From: Mycobacteriales bacterium
Lineage (GTDB): Bacteria > Actinomycetota > Actinomycetes > Mycobacteriales > CADCTP01
DNA: 64,000 bases
NCBI GenBank assembly: GCA_036558285.1
Contig: DATBFW010000145.1
Location: 19,214 to 83,213 of the forward strand
Direction of reading: 5' to 3'
Part shown: positions 7,627 through 16,300 of the stretch, in pieces
Numbering within the stretch: the first letter of the stretch is position 1
How the letters are laid out: every line of letters begins with the position of its first letter
Program-made: the position numbers and the translations under genes
The notes under the pieces: model-generated
What the model was told of the DNA's origin: nothing
The model's database searches: none
What the model saw: only the letters and a program-made list of their open reading frames with translations

Positions 7627-9549
7627 TTAGTCGTACAGGCGGAGGTCGGCGACGCTCCACCAGCTGCCCGACGACCCGGTCGAGACCACCCGCAGGTAGC
7701 GGGCGTGGGTCCGCGGGACGTCGATGGCGGTGAGCTGGCCGGTGCCGGTCCCGCTAGCCAGCGTTCGCCAGCCGGCGGCGTCGTTGCTGGCCTGCAGGGT
7801 CCACGAGCGGGCGTAGTCCCCGGTGCTGGCACCGGTGTCGAGGACGACCCGGCGGAAGGCCTCCCGGCGGCCGAGATCGACCTGCAGCTGCTGGCCGGGC
7901 TCCTGCGCGGTGTCGGTCGACCACCGGGTGGACGCGTCGTCGTCGACCGCGCCCTGCGGCGTCTCGCCGGTCGGCGTCGCGGTCACCGTCGCCCCGTTCA
8001 GCGGCACCAGGTCGTACCCGTCGTCGAGCTGGCGGCTGCGCGGCCAGGTGAAGGTCGCCAGCGCCCCGCCGGGCAGCGTGTAGTCGAACGACCGGCCGCC
8101 GACCGCGACCGCGAACGTCCGCGGGTCGTCGTTCTCGTTGTGCACGACGAGCGCGGTCGAGCCGTCCGGGTTGCGGAACGCGACGTCCATGATCTGGCCG
8201 TTCCAGCCGGTGGTGCCGAAGGACGTGCTGGCGATCCGGACCGCGCCCGGCTGCACGAACTTCGACAGGTGGCCGATCGTGTAGTACTCGGCGTTGGTGG
8301 ACACCGTGCCGTCCGCCTCGAGGGTCAGCAGCCCGGTGCAGGTGTCGCAGCCGCCGTTGTGCGGGCCGCCGCTGGAGTCGAGCGCGATGTTCCAGGTGAT
8401 CGCGGTCTTCGCCCAGTTGCGGGTGGTGCCGATGGTGATGTTGCGGGCATGGAAGGTCAGCGTGTCCCGGAAGAACTTGGCCGGCGGGTCGTCCGGGCCG
8501 TGCGAGCCGGAGCACTCGGTGAACCAGATCCCCTTGTCCGGATAGGCGTCGTGCAGCGCGGTCTGCGCGCTCGGGTCACCGGAGTAGCAGTGGTAGGCGG
8601 TGCCGGCCACCCACTTCGCGGCGGGGCTGGCGAGCACCTCGTACGGGTAGTCGGTCTCCGGATCCTCGCCCGGCGGCGTGCTGGCGATGTCGCCGGGGTG
8701 GGTGGTCCAGTTGTGGTCGTACGCCAGGATCCTGGTCCGCAGACCGGCCGCCCGCAGCGCCGGCCCCACCGCCTCGATGAGCTTGACCTCCTGCGGCACC
8801 GGCAGGTCCATGCCAGGGTAGGCGTTCGGGGTCCGGTTCTGCGGCTCGTTCTGCACGGTGAGGTAGTCGACCGGGACGCCGGCGGCGCGGTACGCCTGGA
8901 CGAACTTGACGAAGTAGCGGGCGTACGCGGCATAGACGCGCGGGTCGTCCTTGAGCCGGCCGCCGATGAGGGAGTCGGTGGTCTTCATCCACGCCGGCGG
9001 GCTCCACGGGGTGGCGATCACCGTCACGCGCGGATTCAGCGCCCTGGCCCGGCGCAGCAGCGGCAGGATCTGCGCCTGGTCGTGGGCGATGCTGAAGTGC
9101 GCCAGCGCGAAGTCGGTCTGCCCGGCGGGCATGTCGTCGTAGGTGTAGTGCGGCTCGTCGGTGAAGTCCGAGGACCCGATCGGCTGGCGCAGCGCGCTGA
9201 CGCCGATCCCCCGTGCCGGATCGAACAGGCTGCGCATCGCCCGCTCGCGCGCCGCCGGGTCGAGCCGGTAGAGCACGGCGGCCGACGAGTCGGTGATCGA
9301 CGCTCCGAACCCGTCCATCGTCTGGTAGGTCCGGCTCGGGTCGACCGTGATCGTCAGCTCCCCGCTCCGCTGGGTGCCGAACGCGACGGTGCCGCGGTCG
9401 TGCATCAGCTCGGCCCGGTCGGGCGAGGTGACCCAGACCCGCGCGGTCGGAGCGGCACCGCCGGGGTCGGCGCTCGCGGCAGCGGGTGGGACGACCGCCG
9501 CGGTCAACGCGACCGCACCGACGACGACGAAGAAGCGACGTTGCCTCAT
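7627..9549 (-). CDS. Secreted glycoside hydrolase family 30 enzyme with C-terminal F5/8 type C (CBM32-like) domain
   Basis: Signal peptide MRQRRFFVVVGAVALTAAVVPPAAASA. TMDGFGASITDS, YLTVQNEPQ (acid/base Glu) and IWFTECSG (nucleophile Glu). C-terminal AVDDDASTRWST..YLRVVSTGSSGSWWSVADLRLYD. The ORF 7627-10479 upstream extension is rejected. Confidence 0.9.
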   Translation of the reverse strand: MRQRRFFVVVGAVALTAAVVPPAAASADPGGAAPTARVWVTSPDRAELMHDRGTVAFGTQRSGELTITVDPSRTYQTMDGFGASITDSSAAVLYRLDPAARERAMRSLFDPARGIGVSALRQPIGSSDFTDEPHYTYDDMPAGQTDFALAHFSIAHDQAQILPLLRRARALNPRVTVIATPWSPPAWMKTTDSLIGGRLKDDPRVYAAYARYFVKFVQAYRAAGVPVDYLTVQNEPQNRTPNAYPGMDLPVPQEVKLIEAVGPALRAAGLRTRILAYDHNWTTHPGDIASTPPGEDPETDYPYEVLASPAAKWVAGTAYHCYSGDPSAQTALHDAYPDKGIWFTECSGSHGPDDPPAKFFRDTLTFHARNITIGTTRNWAKTAITWNIALDSSGGPHNGGCDTCTGLLTLEADGTVSTNAEYYTIGHLSKFVQPGAVRIASTSFGTTGWNGQIMDVAFRNPDGSTALVVHNENDDPRTFAVAVGGRSFDYTLPGGALATFTWPRSRQLDDGYDLVPLNGATVTATPTGETPQGAVDDDASTRWSTDTAQEPGQQLQVDLGRREAFRRVVLDTGASTGDYARSWTLQASNDAAGWRTLASGTGTGQLTAIDVPRTHARYLRVVSTGSSGSWWSVADLRLYD

Positions 9550-9632
9550 CGAAAGGCCCTTCGGTCCGAAAGGGGCACCAGCTACCCGACTGTTACCCAG
9601 CCCCGGCCCCTGGCTACCCCGGGCGGACCCGG

Positions 9633-10100
9633 TCAGAGCACCGGGCGGAGGGGCGGCTCGTGCGGTCCGTACCGGGAGCGCAGCACGGCCGAGACGGCGC
9701 GACGCAACGCGGCGACGTCGCCCGGCCCGGCGACCTGCGCCCACCCGTCCTCGATCGCCCGGTACGCCGCCTCCGCGTCGGCGAGGAACCGCCGCCCGTC
9801 CGCGGTGAGCCCGAGGACGGCGGCCCGGCGGTCGCCGGGATCCTCGCGCCGCTCGACCAGCCCCTCGTCGACGAGCGAGGAGACCACCTTCGCCGCGGCC
9901 TGCTTGGTGACGCCGAGCAGCTCGCCCACCGCGCCGATGTTGCGCGGCCGGTCCCGCAGGGCGAGCAGCACGAAGCCCCACATCGGCCGTGCCCGCGGCC
10001 ATCCCGCGTCGGCCAGCCGCTCGTGCAGCTCGTCGACGACGGCGGCCAGCGCCATCGCCAGCAGCCGCCCGAGCGGCTGGTCGCCGACTACAGCGCCCAC
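9633..10100 (-). CDS. MarR family transcriptional regulator
   Basis: Winged-helix region IGAVGELLGVTKQAAAKVVSSLVDEGLVERREDPGDRRAAVLGLTADG. The GTG start overlaps the stop of the upstream cupin gene (GTGGGCGCTGTAG). Confidence 0.9.
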   Translation of the reverse strand: MGAVVGDQPLGRLLAMALAAVVDELHERLADAGWPRARPMWGFVLLALRDRPRNIGAVGELLGVTKQAAAKVVSSLVDEGLVERREDPGDRRAAVLGLTADGRRFLADAEAAYRAIEDGWAQVAGPGDVAALRRAVSAVLRSRYGPHEPPLRPVL

Positions 10101-10462
10101 GGCGGGGTGAACGGCTCCTCGCCCGGCATCCGTGCCTGACCGCCCACCGGGAGGTACGCGAGGGCGACCACGGGTTCCGTGCCGACCGCGGCCAGGCTGA
10201 ACGGGGTGTTGGGCGGCACGATGATCGCGCCGCCGGCCTCGACCTCGGCGACCCGGCCGCCGATCGAGGCGCGAGCGGTCCCGGACAGGACCACCAGCAC
10301 CTCCTCACGGGTGAGCTCGTGCGGGACGGCATCGGCGTCGGGTGGCAGCTCGACCCGCCACACGCAGATCTCGGTGGATCCGGACGACGGCGCGGCGAGC
10401 GGCGTGAACCGGGTGCCGGCCAGCTCGTGGACGGACGCGGTACGGGAGTGGGCGACGGGCAT
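10088..10462 (-). CDS. Cupin domain protein
   Basis: MPVAHSRT..HELTREEVLVVLSGTARASIGGRVAEVEAGGAIIVPPNTPF has a beta-barrel cupin pattern. Translationally coupled to the MarR gene. Confidence 0.8.
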   Translation of the reverse strand: MPVAHSRTASVHELAGTRFTPLAAPSSGSTEICVWRVELPPDADAVPHELTREEVLVVLSGTARASIGGRVAEVEAGGAIIVPPNTPFSLAAVGTEPVVALAYLPVGGQARMPGEEPFTPPWAL

Positions 10463-10472
10463 GTCGGCATGA

Positions 10473-10491
10473 TAGACAACCAAGTTGTCTA
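10473..10491. promoter_or_regulatory. Perfect 8+8 inverted repeat TAGACAAC-CAA-GTTGTCTA (candidate MarR operator)
   Basis: Seen directly, 11 nt upstream of the cupin-MarR operon start. AT-richer than its surroundings. MarR proteins typically autoregulate through such palindromes. Confidence 0.5.
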
Positions 10492-10509
10492 GTGTCGAGT
10501 AGCCGGGCA

Positions 10510-10580
10510 TGGCGGCTAGCAGGAACTCCGGCACTCCGGGTGGCATGGCCGGCGGCCTCCGGCTGACCGGGCTGACAGCC
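10510..10580 (+). promoter_or_regulatory. Conserved upstream module A: CTAG palindrome (TGGCGGCTAGCAGGAA) + TGGCATGG box + GGCTGACCGGGCTGACAGCC
   Basis: Aligns base-for-base with module B (12790-12860), including an identical 21-mer, and with module C. Its first base lies 144 nt before the Ser/Thr kinase ATG. Confidence 0.5.
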
Positions 10581-10653
10581 GCGACGGGAGAGGCCATTTT
10601 TGCTTGTGTCCGGTCGAGTACGCCCGATTGTCCACAAAGGAGCATCGACCGCC

Positions 10654-11547
10654 ATGACCGCTTACTGTCCACAGCCGACGATCCGCCAGCCGCGCGCCGC
10701 GCGAGCGCGGGTTCCGGTAAGGGCGGCCCGGTCACCGGTCGGCGAGCTGCTGGCCGGCCGCTACCGGGTGGCGGAGCGGGTCGGTCACGGCGCGACCGGC
10801 GGGGTGTGGCGCGCCGAGGACGAGCTGCTCGACCGGGACGTCGCGGTCAAGCGGCTCCCCCATCGACAGCCGGAGGGGTTGGCCGAGGCCCGCATCGCGG
10901 CCAGGGTGCGGCATCCCTCGGTCGCCACCGTGCACGACCTGGTCGAGCACGACGGGTCGTCCTGGATGGTGATGGACTACTACCCGGGCGGCACGCTCGC
11001 CGCGCTGCTGCAGGAGCAGTCCCGGCTGCCTCCGCCGGTGATCGCGGCGCTCGGCCTCCAGCTGGTCACCGCGCTCGACGCGGTGCACGCCGCCGGCATC
11101 GTGCACTGCGACGTCAAGCCGGCCAACCTGGTGCTCGGTGCGGACGGCCGGCTGGTGCTGGTGGACTTCGGGATCGCCGAGGCCGGCGACGCCGGTCCGG
11201 TCAACCCCGTCCGTGACGAGGGCTTCGTCGTCGGCTCCCCGGCGTACATGGCGCCGGAGCTGGTCCGCGGCGAGACCGCGTGCCCGGCGGCCGACGTGTG
11301 GTCGCTCGGCGCGACCCTGTACGCCGGGGTCGAGGGGCGGCCGCCGTTCGCGGGCGACGCGGCGGAGATCCTCGCAGCGGTGCTCAACGACCCGCCGCTG
11401 CCGACCCGCCGGGCCGGCCCGCTGGCGCCGCTGCTCGATCGGATGCTGGCCAAGGACCCGGCCCAGCGTCCCGCTCACGAGGCGATCCGGACGGCGCTGG
11501 CGGACGTCTCCCTCGCCCCGGCCGCGGGTGTGGTCGGCCAGGGCTGA
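10654..11547 (+). CDS. Ser/Thr protein kinase, catalytic domain only
   Basis: RBS AAAGGAG. GHGATGGVW (Gly loop), VAVKRL, HCDVKPANLV, DFG and SPAYMAPE are all intact. No TM or sensor domain follows. Confidence 0.9.
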   Translation: MTAYCPQPTIRQPRAARARVPVRAARSPVGELLAGRYRVAERVGHGATGGVWRAEDELLDRDVAVKRLPHRQPEGLAEARIAARVRHPSVATVHDLVEHDGSSWMVMDYYPGGTLAALLQEQSRLPPPVIAALGLQLVTALDAVHAAGIVHCDVKPANLVLGADGRLVLVDFGIAEAGDAGPVNPVRDEGFVVGSPAYMAPELVRGETACPAADVWSLGATLYAGVEGRPPFAGDAAEILAAVLNDPPLPTRRAGPLAPLLDRMLAKDPAQRPAHEAIRTALADVSLAPAAGVVGQG

Positions 11548-11551
11548 CGAC

Positions 11552-11567
11552 TTCCGGCTAGCCGGGA
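11552..11567. promoter_or_regulatory. CTAG-centred palindrome, site E (TTCCGGCTAGCCGGGA)
   Basis: Identical 16-mer to site D. Lies 36 nt upstream of the REC-only gene start 11603, in the 55-nt gap after the kinase gene. Confidence 0.5.
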
Positions 11568-11602
11568 TGCGCGGCGGCGATCCGCCGGGCAGCGTTGTCC
11601 GC

Positions 11603-12013
11603 ATGACACTGCGGTGCCTGATCGTCGACGACAGCCCTGCCTTCGTCGCGACCGCCCGCAGCCTGCTGGAGGGCCAGGGGATGAGCGTGCTCGGCGCGGT
11701 CGCCACCGGGGCCGACGCGCTACGGCTGACCGCGGACCTGCGCCCCGACGTCGTGCTGGTCGACCTGGATCTCGGCCCGGAGAGCGGCCTCGAGGTGGCC
11801 GGACGGCTGGCCCGGTCCGCCGAACCCGCGCCAACGCCGGTGATCCTCATCTCGACCTACGCGCAGGAGGACTTCGCCGACCTCATCGCCGACAGCCCCG
11901 CCGTCGGGTTCATCCCCAAGACCGCACTGGCGGTCGCCGCCATCCGCGAACTGCTCGGCGGTCAGGGCACCGCGGACCCGACCGGGACCGTCACCGGGCC
12001 CCGAGGAAGGTGA
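11603..12013 (+). CDS. Single-domain response regulator (REC only), paralogue 2
   Basis: MTLRCLIVDDSP..RPDVVLVDLDLGPESG..PVILISTY..VGFIPK. Roughly two-thirds identical by eye to 5856-6218. An upstream in-frame ATG at 11567 is possible. Confidence 0.85.
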   Translation: MTLRCLIVDDSPAFVATARSLLEGQGMSVLGAVATGADALRLTADLRPDVVLVDLDLGPESGLEVAGRLARSAEPAPTPVILISTYAQEDFADLIADSPAVGFIPKTALAVAAIRELLGGQGTADPTGTVTGPRGR

Positions 12014-12650
12014 CGACAGCCAGCACCCGGCGGTGGTCGTCCTCGGTCTCCGGCAGGTCGAGCTTGGCCAGGATGCTGCGCACGTGCTTCTCGACGGTGC
12101 CCTCGCTCACCCACAGCCGTCTCGCGATGCCCCCGTTCGACCGGCCCTCCGCCATCAGCGCCAGCACCTCGCGCTCCCGGCCGCTCAGCCGGCCCAGCGG
12201 GTCGTGGCGACGGCGGACCATGACCAACTCCTGCACCAGGGCGGGATCGACGACCGACCCGCCCTTCGCGATGCGGTCGAGCGTGTCGGCGAACTCGGCC
12301 ATGTCGACGACCCGGTCCTTGAGCAGGTAACCGACCGCACGGCCGGTGGCCAGCAGACCCATCGCCTGCTCGACGTCGGCGTGCGCGGAGAGGACCAGGA
12401 TGCCGATCTCCGGATGCTGCTCGCGGATCTGGCGGGCGGCGTCGAGGCCCTCGGTCGTCCTGGTCGGCGGCATCCGGACGTCCACCACGACCACGTCCGG
12501 CGTGCAGTCCGCCACCAGCGCCAGCAGCTGTGTCCCGTCGCCAGCCTGGCCGACCACCTGCATTCCCGACCGCTCGAGCAGGCTGGCCATCCCCTCCCGG
12601 AGCAGGACGTCGTCATCGGCCAGGACGATCCGGAGCCCACTGCCGCCCAC
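11991..12650 (-). CDS. NarL/FixJ-family two-component response regulator (REC + LuxR HTH)
   Basis: LRIVLADDDVLLREG..DVVVVDVRMP..LVLSAH..GYLLK, then LSGREREVLALMAEGRSNGGIARRLWVSEGTVEKHVRSILAKL. Confidence 0.92.
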   Translation of the reverse strand: MGGSGLRIVLADDDVLLREGMASLLERSGMQVVGQAGDGTQLLALVADCTPDVVVVDVRMPPTRTTEGLDAARQIREQHPEIGILVLSAHADVEQAMGLLATGRAVGYLLKDRVVDMAEFADTLDRIAKGGSVVDPALVQELVMVRRRHDPLGRLSGREREVLALMAEGRSNGGIARRLWVSEGTVEKHVRSILAKLDLPETEDDHRRVLAVVTFLGAR

Positions 12651-12789
12651 CGGTCACGCTCCGGGAGCCGGGCGGCCCGCCGCCGTCGGCCGCGTCGTCA
12701 TCGGGCCATTGTCGGCGAGCGGCCGCGGACCCGGTACCCCCACGCGCAGGTACGGCCGTACACCCGGCCCGACGGACGCCGGGACGGTC

Positions 12790-12860
12790 TGGCGGCTAGC
12801 TGGAAGGCCGACGCTGCTGATGGTGTGGACGCGGCCTGGTGGCTGACCGGGCTGACAGCC
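12790..12860 (+). promoter_or_regulatory. Conserved upstream module B: CTAG palindrome (TGGCGGCTAGCTGGAA) + TGGTGTGG box + GGCTGACCGGGCTGACAGCC
   Basis: See module A. Sits in the divergent region between the NarL-type regulator (start 12650) and the cupredoxin gene. First base is 146 nt before ATG 12936. Confidence 0.5.
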
Positions 12861-12935
12861 GGGACCGGCCGCGGGATGGTCATGGCGTCGGAGGCCACGC
12901 GGCGTCCGGACAAGGGTCCGCAAAAGGGATCGGGG

Positions 12936-13358
12936 ATGTCCAGGACAGCAGTAGCCCGGATACGAGCGCGCCGCCTGCTCGTCGGGATCGTCGCCATGCT
13001 GGCAGCTCTCACGACGGTCGCCGCGTGCGGCTCGGACTCGGGCGGCGGTGGCGGCGCGACCCCGCCACCGGCCTCGGCGTCCGCGTCCAACGGATCGGCC
13101 GCCCAGGGAGGCGGATCCACGGTGGAGATCATGAACTTCATGTTCATGCCGGGCACCCTGACCGTCCCCGCCGGCACCACGGTGACCTGGAAGTTCGACG
13201 ACTCGACCCAGCACACCGTCAACGCCGACGACAATTCGTTCTCGTCGTCGCCGATGGCGAACAGCTAGACGTTCACGCACAAGCTCACGACCGCCGGCAC
13301 GGTGACCTATCACTGCTCGATACACCCGTTCATGAAGGGCACGATCGTCGTCACGTAG
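12936..13358 (+). pseudogene. Cupredoxin (plastocyanin/amicyanin-like) lipoprotein gene interrupted by an in-frame TAG at 13266-13268
   Basis: Lipobox LAALTTVAAC. VEIMNFMFMPGTLTVPAGTTVTWKFDDSTQHTV..SSPMANS-stop-TFTHKLTTAGTVTYHCSIHPFMKGTIVVT. The Cys/His/Met copper ligands lie after the stop, in the same frame. Confidence 0.75.
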
Positions 13359-16300
13359 CAGCTGGTCGTGCCAGCGGCAGCTCGGCCCGGACGGTGGTGC
13401 CGGTGCCGGGCGCGCTGGTCAGCCACATGCGGCCGCCGAGCGCCTCGACCCGGTCCTTGACCCCGATCAGCCCGGATCCGCCGTGCAGGTCGGCGCCGCC
13501 GCGGCCGTCGTCGCTCACCCGGACCCGCAGGACCCCGTCGTCCGCGTCGACGTCGACGGTGACCGCCGTGGCCTCCGCGTGTTTGGCCGTGTTGGTCAAC
13601 ATCTCGGCGACGGCGAAGTACGTGGCGATCTCGACCTGCTCCGGCAGCCGCCCACCGACCTGTACGTCGAGGCGAACCGGCACGGTGCAGCGGCGGGCCA
13701 GCACGCGCAGCGCGGGACCGAGGCCGCCCTCGGTCAGAGCGGCCGGGTGGATGCCGCGGGCCAGCTCGCGCAGCTCGCCGACCGCGGTGTCGGCCTCGGC
13801 GGCGATGGCGTCCAGCCGCGCGTCCAACTCCGCGGACCCGGCCGGGCCGGCCTCCTTGGCGATCCGGGCCTGGATCGCGAGGCTGACCAGCCGCTGCTGG
13901 GCGCCGTCGTGCAGGTCCCGCTCGATGCGCCGGCGGGTCTGGTCGGCCGCCGTGACGATCCGCGCGCGGGACGCGGTGAGCTCCGAGTACAGCTGGGCGT
14001 TGTCGAGGGAGACGGTGAGCTGGGCGGCGATGAGCCTGACCGCGTCGAGCCGCTCGCTGGTGAACGCGCCGCGGATGAGCCGGTTCTCCAGCAGCAGCAC
14101 CGCCCGGAGCGACTCGCGGCCGAGGACGGGCAGCGCCAGCACGGAGCAGCGGCTCAGGCCGGCGAAGTACGGGTCGCGGGCGAACCGGTCGTCGCAGGTC
14201 GCGTCGTCCACGACCAGCGGCTGCCGGGCCCGCCGCACGTACCGCAGCACGGACATCGGCAGGTCTGACCCGCGGCCCGCGCCGGTGCCGCCCGGGCCGG
14301 GCAGCCAGGCCTGCTCGTCCTCGCTCCACAGCACCAACCGCACGCCGGTGGCTCCGGTCATCGTGCTGACCACCTGGACGACGCGCGAGCGCAGCCGCTC
14401 GATGCTGGTCTCCGAACTCAGTGCCTGCGACGCGGAGAGGATGCCGAGCAGGTCGAGCGTGCCGGTGGTGACGGTCGGGCGCGGGCCGACCGGGGCGCCG
14501 GCCGCCGGGTCGGTGTCCGGTCGCAGCGTCGGGTGCGCCCAGTCGAGCTGGGCGACCTTCGCCGTCGCGCCCCACACCGCGTAGGCGTGCCTGGCCTGCG
14601 CGAGCAGGTCCAAGCCGGCGTGCTCGACGCCGTGGGCGAGGTAGAAGCGGGCCGCGCGCTCGTCGATCAGCGCCCGGTGCCAGGGCCGGCCGCGGCCGGC
14701 GACGGCGCGTCGGGCGGCGTCGAAGGCGAGCACGGCGATGCGGAAGTCGCCGACCGTCCAGGCGCGCTCGGCCTCGACCAGCCGCAGCAGGTGCAGGAAG
14801 TTGGCCGGCCCGTCGGCGGCGCGGGCGGACAGCCACCGGGTCAGCTCGTCCAACTCGGCCAGCAGGGCGGCCCGCTCGTCGCCGTCGGTGCCGCGGGCCT
14901 GCCCGGCCAGCGCCAGCCCGCGCAGCAGCCGGGCGACCCCGGTCGGGTAGATGCCCTGCGCCGCTGTGAGCAGCGGCGTCGCCGCCGCGGTGTGCCGCAG
15001 CAGCCCGGGCGCGTCGTCGAGGACGGCGGCCGCGATCGCCCGGTTGATGTGCGTGTAGACGAGCGCCGCCGGGTTGTCGGCCGGTCGGTCGATCGGGATG
15101 ACGTCGCCGGCCGGTTCGCTTTCCCCGCGCAGCACGCCGCCCAGCCACCGGTACGGGTCGAGCAGCTCGCCGGACTGCGCGTTGCCGGTCCGGCGGACGA
15201 AGGCCAGGCACGCCTCCACGGCCGAGACGTAGGCGTCCAAGGACGGCGACGACTCCAGCAGGCCGGCCACCTCGGTGTGGCAGGCGTATCCGGCCCAGGC
15301 CAGCTCGCCGCCCGCGACCAGGCCCTCCCTGGCCCGCGCGGCCTCCCGGACGGCCAGCTCGATCGGCTCGAACCAGCAGCAGAGGGTGGCGAACGACGCG
15401 CGCACCAACGACGTCTCCGGCTCGAAGCCGCGGGACTCACCGAACGCCAGCGCGTACCGCATCGCCCGGTAGCCGACGGCGTAGTCGCCGCGCAACGCCA
15501 TCACGGCGTTGGCGGCGTGGGTCGCCGGGCCGATCAGGGACCGGCCGGGGCCGTGCTCCAGCCAGATCCGTACCGTCTCCAGGCTCAGCCACGCGTACAG
15601 GGAGAAGTCCGACGCGAAGAAGGCGGGCGGCAGGATCGCGTTGGTCAGCCGGGTCCCGGCGAGCAGCGCCGGATCGGTGATGTCCGGCCGGGCCGGGCCG
15701 GCAGAGCCCTCGACGTGGTCGAGCCACCGGTAGAGGTGATCGACCTGGGCGTCGAGCTCGGCCGGGAACCGCTCGGCGGTCGGAACGGCGATGCCGAGGT
15801 CGCGCAGCGCCGCGACGCCGAGAGCGACCGCGTCGGCGAAGCGGTTGCGGTGCGTCAGGCTGCTCAGCTGCACCGCCGTCGCGTCCGCCCGCTCCAGCGC
15901 GAGCGGGCACATCCCCTCGAGAATGCCGTACTCCTCGTCCGCCTCCTCCAGCCGCCCGAGGCCGAACAGGGCGGCGTGCCGGCGGGTGTGGATCTCGACG
16001 AGCGCGTCGGTCCGGTCGTCGTCGACGAGGGTCAGCGCGGCGCCGAGCAGGGCGCACACCAGCGCGTGGTCGGCCAGCGACCGGGCGCCCTCGGCCGCGC
16101 GCCGCAGCAGCTCTACCACCCGCTCCCGCTCGGCCGGGTCGTCCAGCGCGTCGATGACCGGCAGGTACTGCTCGGCGGCGACCGCGCACAGCTCGGGCAC
16201 CGGCGCCAGCCGGCGGGCCATGGTCAGGTGCAGGTCGCGTCGCCGGTCCGGGCCGAGGCCGCGGACGATCGCCTCCTGGATGCGGTCGTGGCGGAACCGC

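Noticed and set aside
7748-7763. Additional GCTAGC-containing sequences at 7748-7763, 39257-39272 and 47631-47646, and weak half-sites at 3781-3795 and 5850-5865.
   Set aside because: They lack the TTCC/GGAA flanks on one or both sides. They lie inside coding regions or simply contain a TAG stop codon, so they were not counted as palindrome sites.
10540-10560. TGGCAT/TGGCAC-like box in modules A and C as a sigma-54 (-24) element.
   Set aside because: No TTGC (-12) element follows at the required spacing, and sigma-54 is not expected in actinobacteria.
10509-11216. ORF 10509-11216 (+), starting MAASRNSGTPGG.., as a real gene or leader peptide covering module A.
   Set aside because: It runs out of frame through the well-supported kinase gene. 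The equivalent frames in modules B and C lack a shared start or stop, and the similarity is better explained at the nucleotide level.
13266-13268. In-frame TAG as programmed recoding (pyrrolysine or readthrough).
   Set aside because: No pyl genes or recoding signals are visible, and the host is an actinomycete-type genome. An ordinary nonsense mutation in a decaying region is the simpler reading.
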